This document shows, in pieces, positions 47,175-59,375 of a stretch of DNA of 64,000 bases (positions are counted from its first letter, which is position 1; every line of letters starts with the position of its first letter). Under the pieces are notes generated by a model. That model saw nothing but the letters and a program-made list of their open reading frames with translations, had not been told where the DNA came from and ran no database searches. The stretch comes from Nitrospirota bacterium. Its GTDB lineage: Bacteria > Nitrospirota > Nitrospiria > Nitrospirales > NS-4. A program made the translations under genes and the position numbers. The stretch is taken from positions 256,001 to 320,000 of the forward strand of contig CAWBGA010000013.1 of NCBI GenBank assembly GCA_963788195.1. Direction: 5' to 3'.

Positions 47175-47720
47175 ATGAACAGGAAAATGATCAATACGCT
47201 CCTGGCGGCGGTCGTGATGATTACGAGCGTTGGGTTTGGCTCGTTTGCCTTTGCTGAGGAAGGTACGGTCAGGGCCATGGCCCCGTGGAAAGGCCAGGGG
47301 TTCGCGTTCCCAGTCGGCGAAGATACGGCGTACATGGTGGCCGTTTACTCCGGGACCATGTTTGTAGAGGACGCGAAAGGGGCCTTGCACGCGGGCTCGA
47401 TCGTGTGTCCGGGCACGGTGGAAGGAAATTTCAAGACGATGACGAAAACGGGGCAGGGCCGGTGCATCATCACCAATGAAGACGGCGACCGGATCTATGC
47501 GCGATTCACTTGCAAAGGCGACATGGAAGGTTGCCGCGGGACGTTCAAGCTGGACGGCGGCACCGGCAGGTTTTCCGGGATCACCGGCGAGGGCGAGATG
47601 GTGTCGCAGCTTCAGGCGCGCGCGGTGACCGTCGTGGCTGGCTTTGACCCTGCACATCAGGTCAGCGAAGGGGTTATCGTCTGGCCGAAGCTGAAATACA
47701 ACATTCCAGAAGCGAAATAA
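47175..47720 (+). CDS. Secreted beta-rich protein of unknown function
   Basis: RBS AAGGAGG; signal ending AFA; four Cys; GGTGRFSGITGEG. Confidence 0.78.
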   Translation: MNRKMINTLLAAVVMITSVGFGSFAFAEEGTVRAMAPWKGQGFAFPVGEDTAYMVAVYSGTMFVEDAKGALHAGSIVCPGTVEGNFKTMTKTGQGRCIITNEDGDRIYARFTCKGDMEGCRGTFKLDGGTGRFSGITGEGEMVSQLQARAVTVVAGFDPAHQVSEGVIVWPKLKYNIPEAK

Positions 47721-47765
47721 CCGACCGCCGAACGCAGCCGCCGTCACACACACTGGAGGAAAGAC

Positions 47766-48236
47766 ATGCGTACGAACAGAATTGCAGTGCTCACTTTCGC
47801 ACTGGGCCTGGTCCTCATCTCGACCACCGCTCAGGCGCAGTCGTTCGTGTTTCCGGAGAAGGGGCAGAGTCCGGAGCAACAGCAGCAGGATGAGTTCGCC
47901 TGCCATCAGTGGGCGAAGCAACAAACGGGGATTGATCCGGTCCAGCAGATGGCGACGGCCCCTCCGCCTCCCCCTGAGCAGGGGGGCGCACTCCGCGGCG
48001 CGGGCCGGGGCGCCGCGCTCGGCGCAGTCGGAGGCGCCATCGGCGGGGATGCGGGCAAGGGCGCGGCCATCGGCGCGGGCGTGGGTGCGGCAGCGGGCGC
48101 GCATCGAAGGCGGCAAGGCGAGATGCAGTACCAGCAGCAGGTGCAGCAACAGTCTGCCCAGCAACAGCAGAGCCAGCAAACCTTCAACCGAGCTTACAGT
48201 ACCTGCCTTGGGGGCAAGGGATACAAAGTCGGATAA
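47766..48236 (+). CDS. Secreted glycine-zipper protein
   Basis: GQSPEQQQQDEFACHQWA, GAALGAVGGAIGGDAGKGAAIGAG and CLGGKGYKV. Confidence 0.87.
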   Translation: MRTNRIAVLTFALGLVLISTTAQAQSFVFPEKGQSPEQQQQDEFACHQWAKQQTGIDPVQQMATAPPPPPEQGGALRGAGRGAALGAVGGAIGGDAGKGAAIGAGVGAAAGAHRRRQGEMQYQQQVQQQSAQQQQSQQTFNRAYSTCLGGKGYKVG

Positions 48237-48324
48237 CTGAAAGGAGAGACACGGCACACTCCCGGTACCATGCAGGAAATGAGTACCGGCCGGCCGCACG
48301 CTTGAAGATTGCGAGTCGGAAAAG

Positions 48325-48717
48325 TCAGATGAGTTCGATCTGTGCGTGATGTCCGGGAGCCGAGGCAAAGGCGGCATCGCGCGTGAGCAATGGCGAAGCA
48401 AGGGCTTCCGCGAGGGCGATGTAGGCTGCGTCGTAGGCCGTGACATTGTGACGCAGCTCCCAGATTCTGGGCAGCAACAGATCATGCGGATAACGGGTCA
48501 GGGGGAAGTCCGCGAGGTCTTCAAGCGCCTGGAGGCCTCGCGTTGGATTGAGTTCACCGGTCAGGGCGTAGCGGCGAAGGACTTGCGCAATTTCGAGATC
48601 GAGCAGGTGTGGTGTGTGAAGGGTCTCGTTCTCGGCAAACAGCCGACGGGCGACTAGAGATCCGGCGGATGTGTTGAGCAGCACTTCGAGAAGGGCCGAC
48701 GCGTCAACGACGATCAC
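48325..48717 (-). CDS. vapC: VapC PIN-domain toxin, copy 2 (intact)
   Basis: MIVVDASALLE, DLEI, AYDAAYIALAE and LLTRD; 130 aa. Confidence 0.92.
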   Translation of the reverse strand: MIVVDASALLEVLLNTSAGSLVARRLFAENETLHTPHLLDLEIAQVLRRYALTGELNPTRGLQALEDLADFPLTRYPHDLLLPRIWELRHNVTAYDAAYIALAEALASPLLTRDAAFASAPGHHAQIELI

Positions 48718-48944
48718 CGACCCTCGCGCTCGGCTCTGACGGCTTTGGCCGGCGGGACCGTGGGCGTCACCGCGGTCCGATGAGCCAGGCGGTCTCTTAA
48801 CTCGGCGACTGTGGGGCGTTCGGCGACGCGCCGGACCTCTTGAAGAAGGTAGTCGGACAATGACAGCCCCGAGAGGGCCGCTCGGGCTTTCAGCTTCCGG
48901 TGGAGGTCATCCGGAACGTGACGGAGTTGGATCATCTTTGACAT
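48714..48944 (-). CDS. Ribbon-helix-helix antitoxin, copy 2
   Basis: MSKMIQLRHVPDDLHRKLKARAA; overlaps the vapC start. Confidence 0.9.
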   Translation of the reverse strand: MSKMIQLRHVPDDLHRKLKARAALSGLSLSDYLLQEVRRVAERPTVAELRDRLAHRTAVTPTVPPAKAVRAEREGR

Positions 48945-48979
48945 GTGCTCAGCATACTTGCATGTCGTGCACATGTCAA
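48942..48979 (-). promoter_or_regulatory. Sigma70 promoter/operator of TA copy 2 (probably leaderless)
   Basis: TTGACA-N17-TATGCT-N6-ATG. Confidence 0.75.
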
Positions 48980-49026
48980 CGGGCACGACCGGGGACCGTT
49001 TTCGTTCCGCCACATAGGGACACAAC

Positions 49027-50021
49027 ATGAAAACCACACGCAGACAAAACCTCCTCGCCGCCGCGCTCATTTGCGGCCTGGCTTTCACCACAACCGTGGC
49101 TCAGGCTACCGATCCGCTTCCATTGTGGAACGACGGGCTGGCGAAGAAGTCCATCACCGAATTCGTGGCGAAGGTGACCAAGGAAGGCTCGCCGGACTTT
49201 GTCCCGCCCGCCGAGCGCATCGCGGTATTCGACAACGACGGCACGCTGTGGGCCGAGCAGCCGATGTATTTCCAACTCGCCTTCGCGCTTGACCGCGTCA
49301 GGGCGCTCGCGCCGCAGCATCCCGAATGGAAGGACAAGGAGCCGTTCGCCTCGCTGCTCAAGGGCGACCTCAAAGGCGCGCTCGCCGGCGGCGAACCGGC
49401 CATTTTCCAGATCGTCATGGCGACGCATACCGGCATGACAACCGAAGAGTTCGAGAAGATCGTGAAGGACTGGCTCGCCACGGCAAAACATCCGAAGACC
49501 AAGCGGCCCTACACCGAGATGGTCTATCAGCCGATGCTCGAGCTGCTCGCCTACCTGCGCGCGAACGGCTTCAAGACGTTCATCGTGTCCGGCGGCGGCA
49601 TCGAGTTCATGCGCCCGTGGACGGAGAAGGTCTACGGCATCCCGCCCGAGCAGGTCGTCGGCAGCAGCGGCAAGCTCAAGTTCGAGCTGCGCGACGGAAA
49701 GCCCGTGCTCGTGAAGCTGCCCGAGCTCAACTTCATCGACGACAAGGCCGGCAAGCCCGTCGGCATCCAGCAGCACATCGGCCGCCGCCCGATCCTGGCC
49801 TTCGGCAACTCCGACGGCGATCTGCAGATGCTGCAATGGACGGCTGCGGGCAGTGGCGCGCGCTTCTGGGCCTGATCGTCCACCATACCGATGCCGAGCG
49901 CGAATGGGCCTACGACCGCAAGTCGCACATCGGCACGCTCGACAAGGCGCTCGACGAGGCGACGACGAAGGGGTGGACGGTGGTGGACATGAAGAAGGAT
50001 TGGAAACGCATTTTCCCGTAA
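49027..50021 (+). CDS. Secreted HAD-family phosphatase, copy 2 (one frameshift near 49868)
   Basis: Signal peptide, FDNDGTLW, IVSGGG, AGKP, FGNSDGD and HHTDAEREWAYD. Confidence 0.9.
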
Positions 50022-50419
50022 AAACTCTGTTCGTCGTGACTGCGGTGATTGAGGCAGGGACCGGCCTGGCGCTGGCAATAGCACCATCGGTGCTGGTTGC
50101 GATACTGCTCGGTTCATCGCTCGACACGCCCGCGGGCTTGATGGTCGGGCGGATCACTGGGGCGGCGCTGCTCTCATTGGGCCTCGCCTGTTGGCTGGCG
50201 CGCGATGACGAACAGAGCCGGGCAGCGACCGGCTTGATCGCGGCCATGTTGCTGTATAACACGGCTGTTGCCGCTGCCCTCGTTTATGCCGGGATCGGCA
50301 TGGGACTTTTTGGTATCGGCCTCTGGCCGGCAGTTCTGCTTCACGCAGCGCTGGCGGTATGGTGCCTTGCGCGCCTTCGGATCAAGCGGGTGAACGTGGC
50401 GGCAGAAAATAGCCAATGA
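50018..50419 (+). CDS. Small multi-TM membrane protein, copy 2 (start uncertain)
   Basis: KTLFVVTAVIEAGTGLAL...; ATGA overlap with FGE. Confidence 0.72.
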   Translation, partial: VKTLFVVTAVIEAGTGLALAIAPSVLVAILLGSSLDTPAGLMVGRITGAALLSLGLACWLARDDEQSRAATGLIAAMLLYNTAVAAALVYAGIGMGLFGIGLWPAVLLHAALAVWCLARLRIKRVNVAAENSQ

Positions 50420-51655
50420 GCAAAGCCAGATCAACAAGCAATCCTCCGCCATCCACGCGCAAGGCCTGGGTGTGGGTGGGCGCGGTGGTACTGGTCCTTG
50501 CCGGCGCGGCCGGATGGTATTACGTCTCGACCGGTGCGCGCCACTCGGCGCCGAATCCGGTGGCCGACATGCCCGGCTCGCATTGCGAGGAGGGCGTCTC
50601 CGCCGCGCGGCTGAGAGCCGGCCTGCAGAGCGGCGAGGCAAATGCCACGGCCGGCGCTCAGCAGAACGCACCGCAGGCGGCGTCGGCGGACACCGCTCCA
50701 CGTGTCAATTCAACAGCCGCTCCAGGTCCGACGCCGGATGGCATGGTCTGGATTCCCGGCGGCGAGTTCTGGATGGGTGCCGATTACTTTCCCGACGCCA
50801 AACCCTGGCACCGCGTCTATGTCGATGGGTTTTGGATGGACAAGACCGAAGTCACGAACGAGCAGTTCGAGAAATTCGTGAAGGCGACCAAGTATGTGAC
50901 TGTGGCAGAGCGCACGCCCCGCGCCGATGATTTCCCCGGCGCGCCGCCTGAGAATCTCGTCGCCGGCTCCGTCGTCTTCTCGCCGCCCGATAGTCCCGTG
51001 AAGCTGCACGATCATTTCCAATGGTGGAGCTACGTGAAGGGTGCCGACTGGCGCCATCCCGAACGCCCGCAGAGCGGAATCAAGGACCGGGGAAACTATC
51101 CCGTGGTGCACATCGCTTACGAAGACGCGCTGGCATACGCGAAGTGGGCGGGCAAGCGCTTGCCGACCGAAGCTGAGTTCGAGTTCGCCGCAGCGCGGTG
51201 GGCTCGATCGCAAGCCCTACGCCTGGGGCGATGAGTTCAAACCAGGCGGCAAGTTCATGGCCAACACGTTTCAAGGCCATTTCCCGGACAAGAACATGCC
51301 GGAGGATGGCTTCGCCGCCACGGCCCCGGCCGCCTCATTCCCGCCCAACGGCTTCGGGTTGTACGACATGTCCGGCAACGTGTGGGAATGGGCCAGCGAC
51401 TGGTACCGCCCTGACTATTACCAAACGCTGATCGCGCAGGGGCCGCTCACGCGCAACCCGCAAGGGCCGGCGGACAGCTTCGATCCGAGCGAGCCCGGCG
51501 TGAAAAAGAAAGTGCAAAAGGGCGGCTCGTTCCTCTGCACCGATCAGTACTGCGCGCGCTACATGCCGGGTGGCCGCGGCAAGGGGGAGCCCGAGACCGG
51601 CACGAACCATCTGGGATTCCGTTGCGTGCAATCCGCATCGGTAGCCGGCCAGTAG
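50416..51655 (+). CDS. Formylglycine-generating enzyme, copy 2 (frameshift near 51190)
   Basis: N-terminal TM, RLPTEAEFE, GNVWEW, KGGSFLCTDQYCARY and GFRC. Confidence 0.92.
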
Positions 51656-51697
51656 AACAGACGTGATTCATGAGCAACGAATTAAGGGAGAACGAGA

Positions 51698-53324
51698 ATG
51701 AACAGCAATCACAATACCATTCTGAAGGCCCTAGCCGTGGCAGTTGCGGCCCTGGCCTTCGCCATGACCGCCCCGTTTGGGTGGGCGGCGGATAAGAAAC
51801 CCAACATCGTCGTCATCATGGGCGACGACATCGGCATCTGGAACATCGGCGCTTACCACCGCGGCATGATGGCCGGGCGGACGCCGAACCTCGATAAGCT
51901 CGCCAAGGAAGGAATGCTGTTCACCGACTACTACGCCGAGGCGAGTTGCACGGCGGGTCGCGCGAACTTCATCACCGGCGAGATTGCCGATCCGCACCGG
52001 CATGACCACGGTCGGCCAGGCGGGCGCGCCAGATCGGGCTGCCCGCCGAGGCCTGCACCATCGCCACGGCGCTCAAGGACATGGGTTATGCCACGGGCCA
52101 GTTCGGCAAGAACCACCTCGGCGATCTCAATGAGTTCCTGCCCACCGTCCACGGCTTCGATGAGTTCTTCGGCTACCTGTATCACCTCGACGCGATGGAG
52201 GACCCCGCGCACCCCGCCTACCCGCAGGAGCTGCTGGACAAGGTCGGCCCGCGCAACATGGTCCACTCGCTGGGCCACCGACAAGGACGACGCGACCGAG
52301 ATGCCGCGCTGGGGCAAGATCGGCAAGCAGAAGATCGAGGACGCCGGCACGCTCTATCCCAAGCGGATGGAGACGGTGGACGACGAGATCCGCGACTTTC
52401 GCTCTCAAGTTCATGGACAAGGCCAAGGCGGACGGCAAGCCGTTCTTCGTCTGGCTGAACCCGACCCGCATGCACATCGTCACGCACCTCTCGGAGAAGT
52501 ATGAGAAGCTGCGCAACTCGAAGAATGGCTGGTCCCTTCACGAAGCCGGCATGGCCCAGCTCGACGACATCGTCGGCGACGTGATGAAGAAGCTCAAGGA
52601 CATGGGCGTGGACGACAACACCATCGTCGTGTTCACCACCGACAACGGCACCGAGAACTTCACCTGGCCGGATGGCGGCAACACGCCGTTCTTCGGAGGC
52701 AAAGGGCACGGTCTATGAAGGCGGCTTCCGCGCGCCGGCCATGATTCGCTGGCCCGGCAACGTGCCGGCTGGCACGGTCGAGAACGGCATCATCTCCGGC
52801 ATGGACTGGTTCCCGACGTTCCTCGCCGCCGCCGGCAATCCGAACATCACAGAAGAATTGCTCAAGGGCAAGAAGATCGGCGACCGGACCTACAAGAACC
52901 ATCTCGACGGCTACAACCAGATGGACATGATCACCGGCAAAGGGCCGTCGAATCGCCACGAGATCTTCTACTTCGGCGAAAGCACCCTCGGCGCGGTGCG
53001 GATCGACGACTTCAAGTATCGCTTCATCGACCAGCCCAACGGCTGGCTCGGCGGCAAGATCCATGTGGACGTGCCGGCTCTCACTAACCTGCGCCTCGAT
53101 CCTTTCGAGCGCACGGGACTGGCCGGAGAACGGGACACTAACGGCTCGTACGAGTACTTTGGATGGTTCAAGTACGAGTTCTGGCGCTTCGTGTTTGTCC
53201 AGCAGGAAGTGGCGAAGCTGGCCAGACGGTCATCGAATATCCGCCCATGCAGAAGGGCGCGAGCTTCAACCTCGATGCCGTGAAAGCGGAGATCGAGGCC
53301 GCCAGGGCGGCAATGGGTAAATAA
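51698..53324 (+). CDS. Secreted Cys-type sulfatase (SCTAGR), copy 2, frameshifted
   Basis: Signal peptide, [18 protein letters not shown] and GKNHLG. Confidence 0.92.
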
Positions 53325-53339
53325 AGGGATGACCTTCAT

Positions 53340-53370
53340 GGCGGGAGGCTCGCAAGGGCCGCCCGCCTTT
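53340..53370 (+). terminator. Probable intrinsic terminator/hairpin
   Basis: GGCGGGAGGCT-CGCAAG-GGCCGCCCGCC followed by TTT. Confidence 0.55.
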
Positions 53371-53445
53371 GCGCGACATGCGCTGGGATCTGGTTTTCTA
53401 TGAACGAACGGACAACGGGCTCTTGTAAAAAAGGGAGATACGAAA

Positions 53446-54078
53446 ATGAAAACATGGACGATTCACATCGCATCCGCGGCCGCACTCTGCATCACGGTCG
53501 GCCTTGCGGGTTGTGCTGACACAGCGAAGGAATCGGCTTCGGCATCGCGTGAGCCGGCAGTCGCGCCCGCGCCCGCGTCGCCCGCGGTGAGCGGCGTCGT
53601 CCGCGAGGGTATCGTGTCCGCGACCGCTACCGTAAGCGCCATTGACCAGGACACACGCCAGGTCGCGCTGCAGCGTGCCGATGGGTCGGTGATCAAGTTC
53701 CGCGCTGGTGAGAATGTGCGGAACCTCGCGCAGGTGAAGGTCGGCGACGAGGTAACCGCGACCTACTACGAATCGCTCGTCTACGAGGTGAAGAAACCGG
53801 GAGAGGCGGCGTTGGGAGGCGCTATCGCTGAGGGAACGGAGCGGGCCAAACTCGGGGAGATGCCGGGTGGCGCCGCAGCACGGGTGATTGTGCTGAACGC
53901 TGCGATCGCGGCTATTGACAAGCCCGCGGGGACGGTCACGTTGCGAGGTCCGAGTGGCGACACGACCACCATCAAGGCGCGCGACCCGCAGAAGCTCGAC
54001 CGGGTGGCCGTCGGCGAGATCGTCGAGATCACCTACACCGAGGCGGTTGCGATCGCGGTGGAGACGCCGAAGAAGTAG
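53446..54078 (+). CDS. Lipoprotein with two internal beta-rich repeats
   Basis: Lipobox LAGC; repeats ATVSAID..VAL..VKVGD and AAIAAID..VTL..VAVGE. Confidence 0.82.
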   Translation: MKTWTIHIASAAALCITVGLAGCADTAKESASASREPAVAPAPASPAVSGVVREGIVSATATVSAIDQDTRQVALQRADGSVIKFRAGENVRNLAQVKVGDEVTATYYESLVYEVKKPGEAALGGAIAEGTERAKLGEMPGGAAARVIVLNAAIAAIDKPAGTVTLRGPSGDTTTIKARDPQKLDRVAVGEIVEITYTEAVAIAVETPKK

Positions 54079-54180
54079 AAGAAGAAACAAGATGGAGTTA
54101 CCCGTGAGAAGACGACGGGCCTGAAGTGAAGGCCGGAGCGACATCGAGTTGATGAGGTGAACGGAGAGGAGAAACACGCC

Positions 54181-56659
54181 ATGAACAGAACCATACTGCC
54201 AACCATTGCACTAGTCTGTGGGGTTGGCGCGCTCACCGCGCTCACGGCGGCACCGGCTGGAGCTCAGCAGATCACTGGCGCGCCGGGTTCGCCCAGCGCC
54301 ACGACGACCATTGACGGGAGATATATCCCGAACCCGCCGCCGCCCTTTGGCGGCAAGATCAACTTGAGCGCGGTGAGCTCCAAACCCGGCTGGCCACCGA
54401 CCGTGGTGCCGCCCAAGGGCGCGCCCAACGTGCTGCTGATCATGACCGACGATCAGGGGTACGGAGTCACCAGCACCTTTGGCGGTGTCATCCCGACGCC
54501 GGCCATGGATCGCCTGGCGAAGGCGGGCCTGCGCTACACGCAGTTCCACTCCACCGCGCTCTGCTCGCCCACGCGCGCGGCCCTCATCACCGGCCGCAAC
54601 CACCACTCCGTGGGTACCGGCGTGATCGCCGAACTGTCCACCGGCTATCCCGGTTACGACAGCATCATCCCCAAGAACAAGGCGACTATTGGCACCATCC
54701 TCCGGGACAATGGCTACGCAACGTCGTGGTTCGGCAAGAACCACAACACGCCGACCTATCAGTACAGCGTGGCCGGACCGTTCGATCAGTGGCCGAGCGG
54801 GATGGGCTTCGAGTATTTCTACGGGTTCATGGGCGGCGAGACCGACCAGTGGACGCCGTATCTTTTCCGAGATCATTCCCAGATCTATCCGTGGGTCGGA
54901 AAGCCCGGCTACAACCTGACCACCGACATGGCGGACGAGGCGATCAGTTACATGAAGGGGTTGAATGCTGCCGCACCCGATAAGCCGTTCTTCCTCTATT
55001 ACGTTCCCGGCGGCACGCACGCGCCGCATCAGCCGACGCCGGAGTGGATCAAGAAGATCAGGCGACATGCACCTGTTCGACAAAGGCTGGAACGACCTGC
55101 GCGAGAACGATCTTCGCCAACCAGAAGAAGCTCGGCGTGATCCCGGAGAATGCCCAGCTCACGCCCTGGCCGGACAGCCTGCCGAAATGGGATACGCTCA
55201 ATGCCGATGAGAAGAAGTTGTACACCCGCCAGGCCGATGTCTTCGCCGCGTATGTGGCCTATACCGATCACGAAATCGGGCGGGTCATCCAGGCGGTGGA
55301 AGACATGGGCAAGCTGGATAACACGCTCATCATCTACATCAGTGGCGACAACGGCACCAGCCCGGAAGGTTCTGTCCTCGGGACGCCGTTCGACATGGCC
55401 GCGATTCAAGCCGTCAATGTTCCCGTCGAAGTCCAATTGAAGTTCTACGACGTCTGGGGCTCGGCGCTGACCACCCCTCACATGTCGGTAGCGTGGTCGT
55501 GGGCGTTTGATACGCCCTTCAAATGGACCAAGGAGGTGGCCTCGTTCTTCGGCGGCACGCGACAGGGCATGGTCATGTCGTGGCCCGGCCGTATCAAGGA
55601 CGTGGGCGGCATTCGCACGCAGTTCCATCACATCATCGACATCGTGCCGACGATCCTCGAAGCCGCCGGCATCCAGGCGCCGGTGATGGTCAACGGCATC
55701 GCACAGAAGTCCGATCGAAGGCGTGAGCATGGCCTACACCTGGGACAAGGCGAACGAAAAAGCGAAGTCCACCCGCGAGACGCAATACTTCGAGATGTTC
55801 GGCAGCCGCGCGATCTACCACGATGGGTGGATGGCCAGCACGCCGCCTCCGCAACCGCCCGTGGCTCATGGGCGCGGCCAAAATGCCCGAAGTGCTGAAC
55901 GGCTACAAATGGGAGCTCTACAACATTGCCGAAGACTACTCTCAGAACAACGATCTGGCGGCAAAGTATCCCGAGAAGCTGAAGGAATTGCAGGAACTCT
56001 TCCTGGTGGAGGCGCAGAAATACCAGGTGTTCCCGCTGGATAATTCCGTCCTCCCCCGCTTGATTACCCCGCGGCCGAGCTCAACCGCCGGCCAGACCGA
56101 ATTCACCTACTCGGGAGAAATGGCCGGCCTGCCGGACGGCAGTGTGCCCAACACGCTCGCCAAGTCCTATTCCATCAGCGCCGAGGTGGAAATTCCCCAG
56201 GGCGGCGCCGAGGGCATGCTCAACACGCTCGGCGGCCGATTCGGCGGCTACGGCCTCTACGTGCTGAAAGGCAAGCCGGTGTTCACCTACAATCTCCTGG
56301 GGCTGGAAAAATTCCGCTGGGAAGGCAAGGACGCGCTGGCTCCGGGCAAACACACGATCATGTTTGACTTCAAATACGATGGCCCCGGCATGGCCAAGGG
56401 CGGCACCGGCGTCCTGTCGGTGGACGGCAAGGAAGTCGATAGCAAAAAGATCCCGCACACCATCCCCGGCCTCATGACGATCGACGAGTCCTTCGACGTC
56501 GGAGTGGATACCCGCACGGCGGTGGACGACAAAGACTACCAGCCGCCGTTCCGCTTCACCGGCAAGCTCGCCAAGCTGACAATCAAACTTGGGCCCGCGC
56601 AGTTAGCGGAGGCGGACCGTAAGATCATTCAGGAGAAGATCGCCAGGGCGAAAGACTAG
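54181..56659 (+). CDS. Secreted AtsA-type arylsulfatase (CSPTR), distinct paralog, frameshifted
   Basis: PNVLLIMTDDQG, LCSPTR, THAPHQ, SGDNG and QYFEMFG. Confidence 0.92.
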
Positions 56660-56779
56660 GCGAGAGAGCAGCAGCGGCGGCAGAGATCGCAAGCAGAGCA
56701 GAATTACGGAAGGAAAATAATGAAACGACTTGAAGGGTACGCACGCCATGAGACGAACAAACGGAAGGGAGCAGGAATC

Positions 56780-59247
56780 GTGAAACGAAATGCAATGCTG
56801 AGGACCGCCTTCAGCGTGGCCTTGGTGCTGACGCTGGCCGCGCTAACGGCGGCACCGGCCGCCGCCCAGGGGGCCGCCCCTGGACAGGTGGTGCGGCCGA
56901 CAGATCGCACGGTGCTGCCGATTCCGGAGCCGACGCTCAAACCGATCACCACGCTGGACGCGCGCAATGCGAAGGCGCCGCCGCGCTTCGAGGTGAAGGC
57001 CCCGCAAGGCGCGCCCAACGTCGTGATCGTGCTGATCGACGACATCGGCTTCGGCCACAGCAGCGCGTTCGGCGGGCCTATCCACATGCCGACGCTGGAC
57101 AAGCTGGCGAACGGCGGCCTGAAGTATAACCGCTTCCACACCACCGCGCTGTGCAGCCCCACCCGCACGGCCCTGCTGACCGGCCATAACCACCATGCGA
57201 ACAATGCCGGGGCGATCATGGAACTCGCCACGGCATTCCCCGGCAACACCGGCGTGCGCCCCAAGAGCATCACGACCGCTGGCCGAGATTCTGCGCCAGA
57301 ACGGCTACAGCACGGCCGCCTTCGGCAAATACCACGAGACCCCGCCATGGGAAGTTTCGGTCTCCGGTCCCTATCGACCGCTGGCCCACGGGTTCGGGCT
57401 TCGACAAGTTCTACGGCTTCATCGGCGGCGAGACCAACCAGTGGGCGCCGGCGATCTACGACGGAGTCACGCGCGTCGAGCATAAGCAAACGCCCGACTA
57501 CCATTTCACCGTGGACATGACCGATCAGGCGATCAACTGGGTCAGCGCCCAGCAGGCGCTCACGCCCGACAAGCCGTTCTACATGTATTTCGCCACCGGC
57601 GCGACGCACGCCCCGCACCACGTGCCCAAGGAGTGGATCGCCAAATACAAGGGCCAGTTCAGCGGCGGCTGGGACAAGCTGCGCGAGGAAACTTTCGCGC
57701 GTCAGAAGAAGCTCGGCGTGATCCCCGCTGACGCCAAGCTCACCGCGCGGCCCAAGGAGATCCCCGCATGGGACGGCATGAGCGCCGAGCAGAAGCGGCT
57801 CTTCGAGCGCCAGATGGAAACCTTCGCCGGATTCGCCGAGCACACCGACCATGAAGTGGGCCGGCTTAGTGGCGCAGTTGGAAGCCATCGGCGAGCTGGA
57901 CAACACGCTCTTCTTCTACATCGTGGGCGACAACGGCGCGAGCGCCGAGGGCGGGCCCGAAGGCACCTACAACGAGATGATGGCGCTGAACGGCATCGTC
58001 GGCAAAGCCGACCAGATGATGGATCACATCGATGCGTGGGGCGATGCCACGACATTCCCGCATTTCGCCATCGGCTGGGCCTGGGCGGGTAATACGCCCT
58101 TCCAGTGGACCAAGCAGGTGGCCAGCCACTTCGGCGGCACGCGCAACGGCATGGTGCTCCACTGGCCCAAGGGGATCAAAGCCAAGGGCGAGGTCCGCAG
58201 CCAGTTCCACCACGTGATCGACGTGGCTCCGACCGTGCTGGAAGCCGCGAAACTGCCGCAGCCCAAGACGGTGAACGGCATCAAGCAGCGGCCCATGGAC
58301 GGCGTCTCGATGCTGTACTCCGCCGACAACGCCAAGGCCGCCGACCGGCGTAAGACGCAGTACTTCGAGATGTTCGGCAACCGCGGCATCTACCACGACG
58401 GCTGGGTGGCCTGCACTCGCCACTCGATCCCGTGGGTCATGGGCGCGAAACTCCCCGCCGCTGAAGGACGACGTGTGGGAACTCTACAACGTCGATGAGG
58501 ACTTCAGCCAGGCGAACGATCTCGCCAAAAAGAATCCCGCCAAGCTCAAAGAGCTACAGGCCGTGTTCATGAAGGAGGCCATCCGGAACAACGTGCTGCC
58601 GATCGACGACCGCCGCGCCGAGCGCTTCAACCCGGCCATCGCCGGCCGGCCCGACCTGATGGGCGGGCGCAAGTCGCTGACGGTTTACCCCGGCATGACG
58701 GGCATGATGGAGAATGCCTTCATCAACGTGAAGGGCGTGCATCACACCATCACCGCCGAGGTGGAGTTGAAGGATGACAAGACGGAAGGCGTGATCATCG
58801 CCCAGGCCGGCTATTTCGGCGGATGGGTCGTCTACATGAAGGACGGAAAGCCGCACCACGAATACAACTGGTTCGGCCTTGAACGCACCAACATCGCGGC
58901 GCACCACGGCCCTCGCGCCCGGGAAGCACACGATCTCCTACGAGTTCATCCCCGATGCGGCCAAGCCCGGCACCGGCGGCAAGTCGATCCTGAGCGTCGA
59001 TGGCAAAAAGGTCGCCGAAGGGCAAATCCCCAAGACCCAGCCTTTCGTTTTCTCCGGGGACGAAGGCGCGGACGTGGGCGTGGACGGCGAGACCAACGTG
59101 TCTCCCGACTACAAGCAGGGCAACAACACCTTCACCGGCAAGATCGTGAAGGTGACGGTCGAGCTGAAGGAGATGAAGGCCGCCGCCGCGGACGAGGCGG
59201 AGAAATTCCACAGGGAGGCCGCGCTGAAGAAAGGCCTGTCCGACTAA
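56780..59247 (+). CDS. Secreted AtsA-type arylsulfatase (CSPTR), copy 2, frameshifted
   Basis: Mature region near-identical to 38122-40581. Confidence 0.92.
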
Positions 59248-59375
59248 CACATCATCGCAGAGATGTACGAGGGTACAGAGCAGATCATTCCAGTTGCGCA
59301 AGAAGGCCCCGAAGGAGTCCTTCAGCGGTCTGCTGTTGGGCGTGATCTCTATAGGGAATCTGAAAGGAGCTATTT

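Larger units (their letters stand above)
48322..59263 (+). repeat. Segmental duplication, copy 2 (longer version)
   Basis: Homologous to 33108-40595, plus 53.4-56.7 kb that is absent from copy 1. Confidence 0.88.

Noticed and set aside
47076..48485. 469-aa minus-strand ORF and similar long antisense ORFs (48976-50262, 56704-57906, 62022-63146)
   Set aside because: Shadow ORFs opposite well-supported GC-rich genes, with no recognisable motifs
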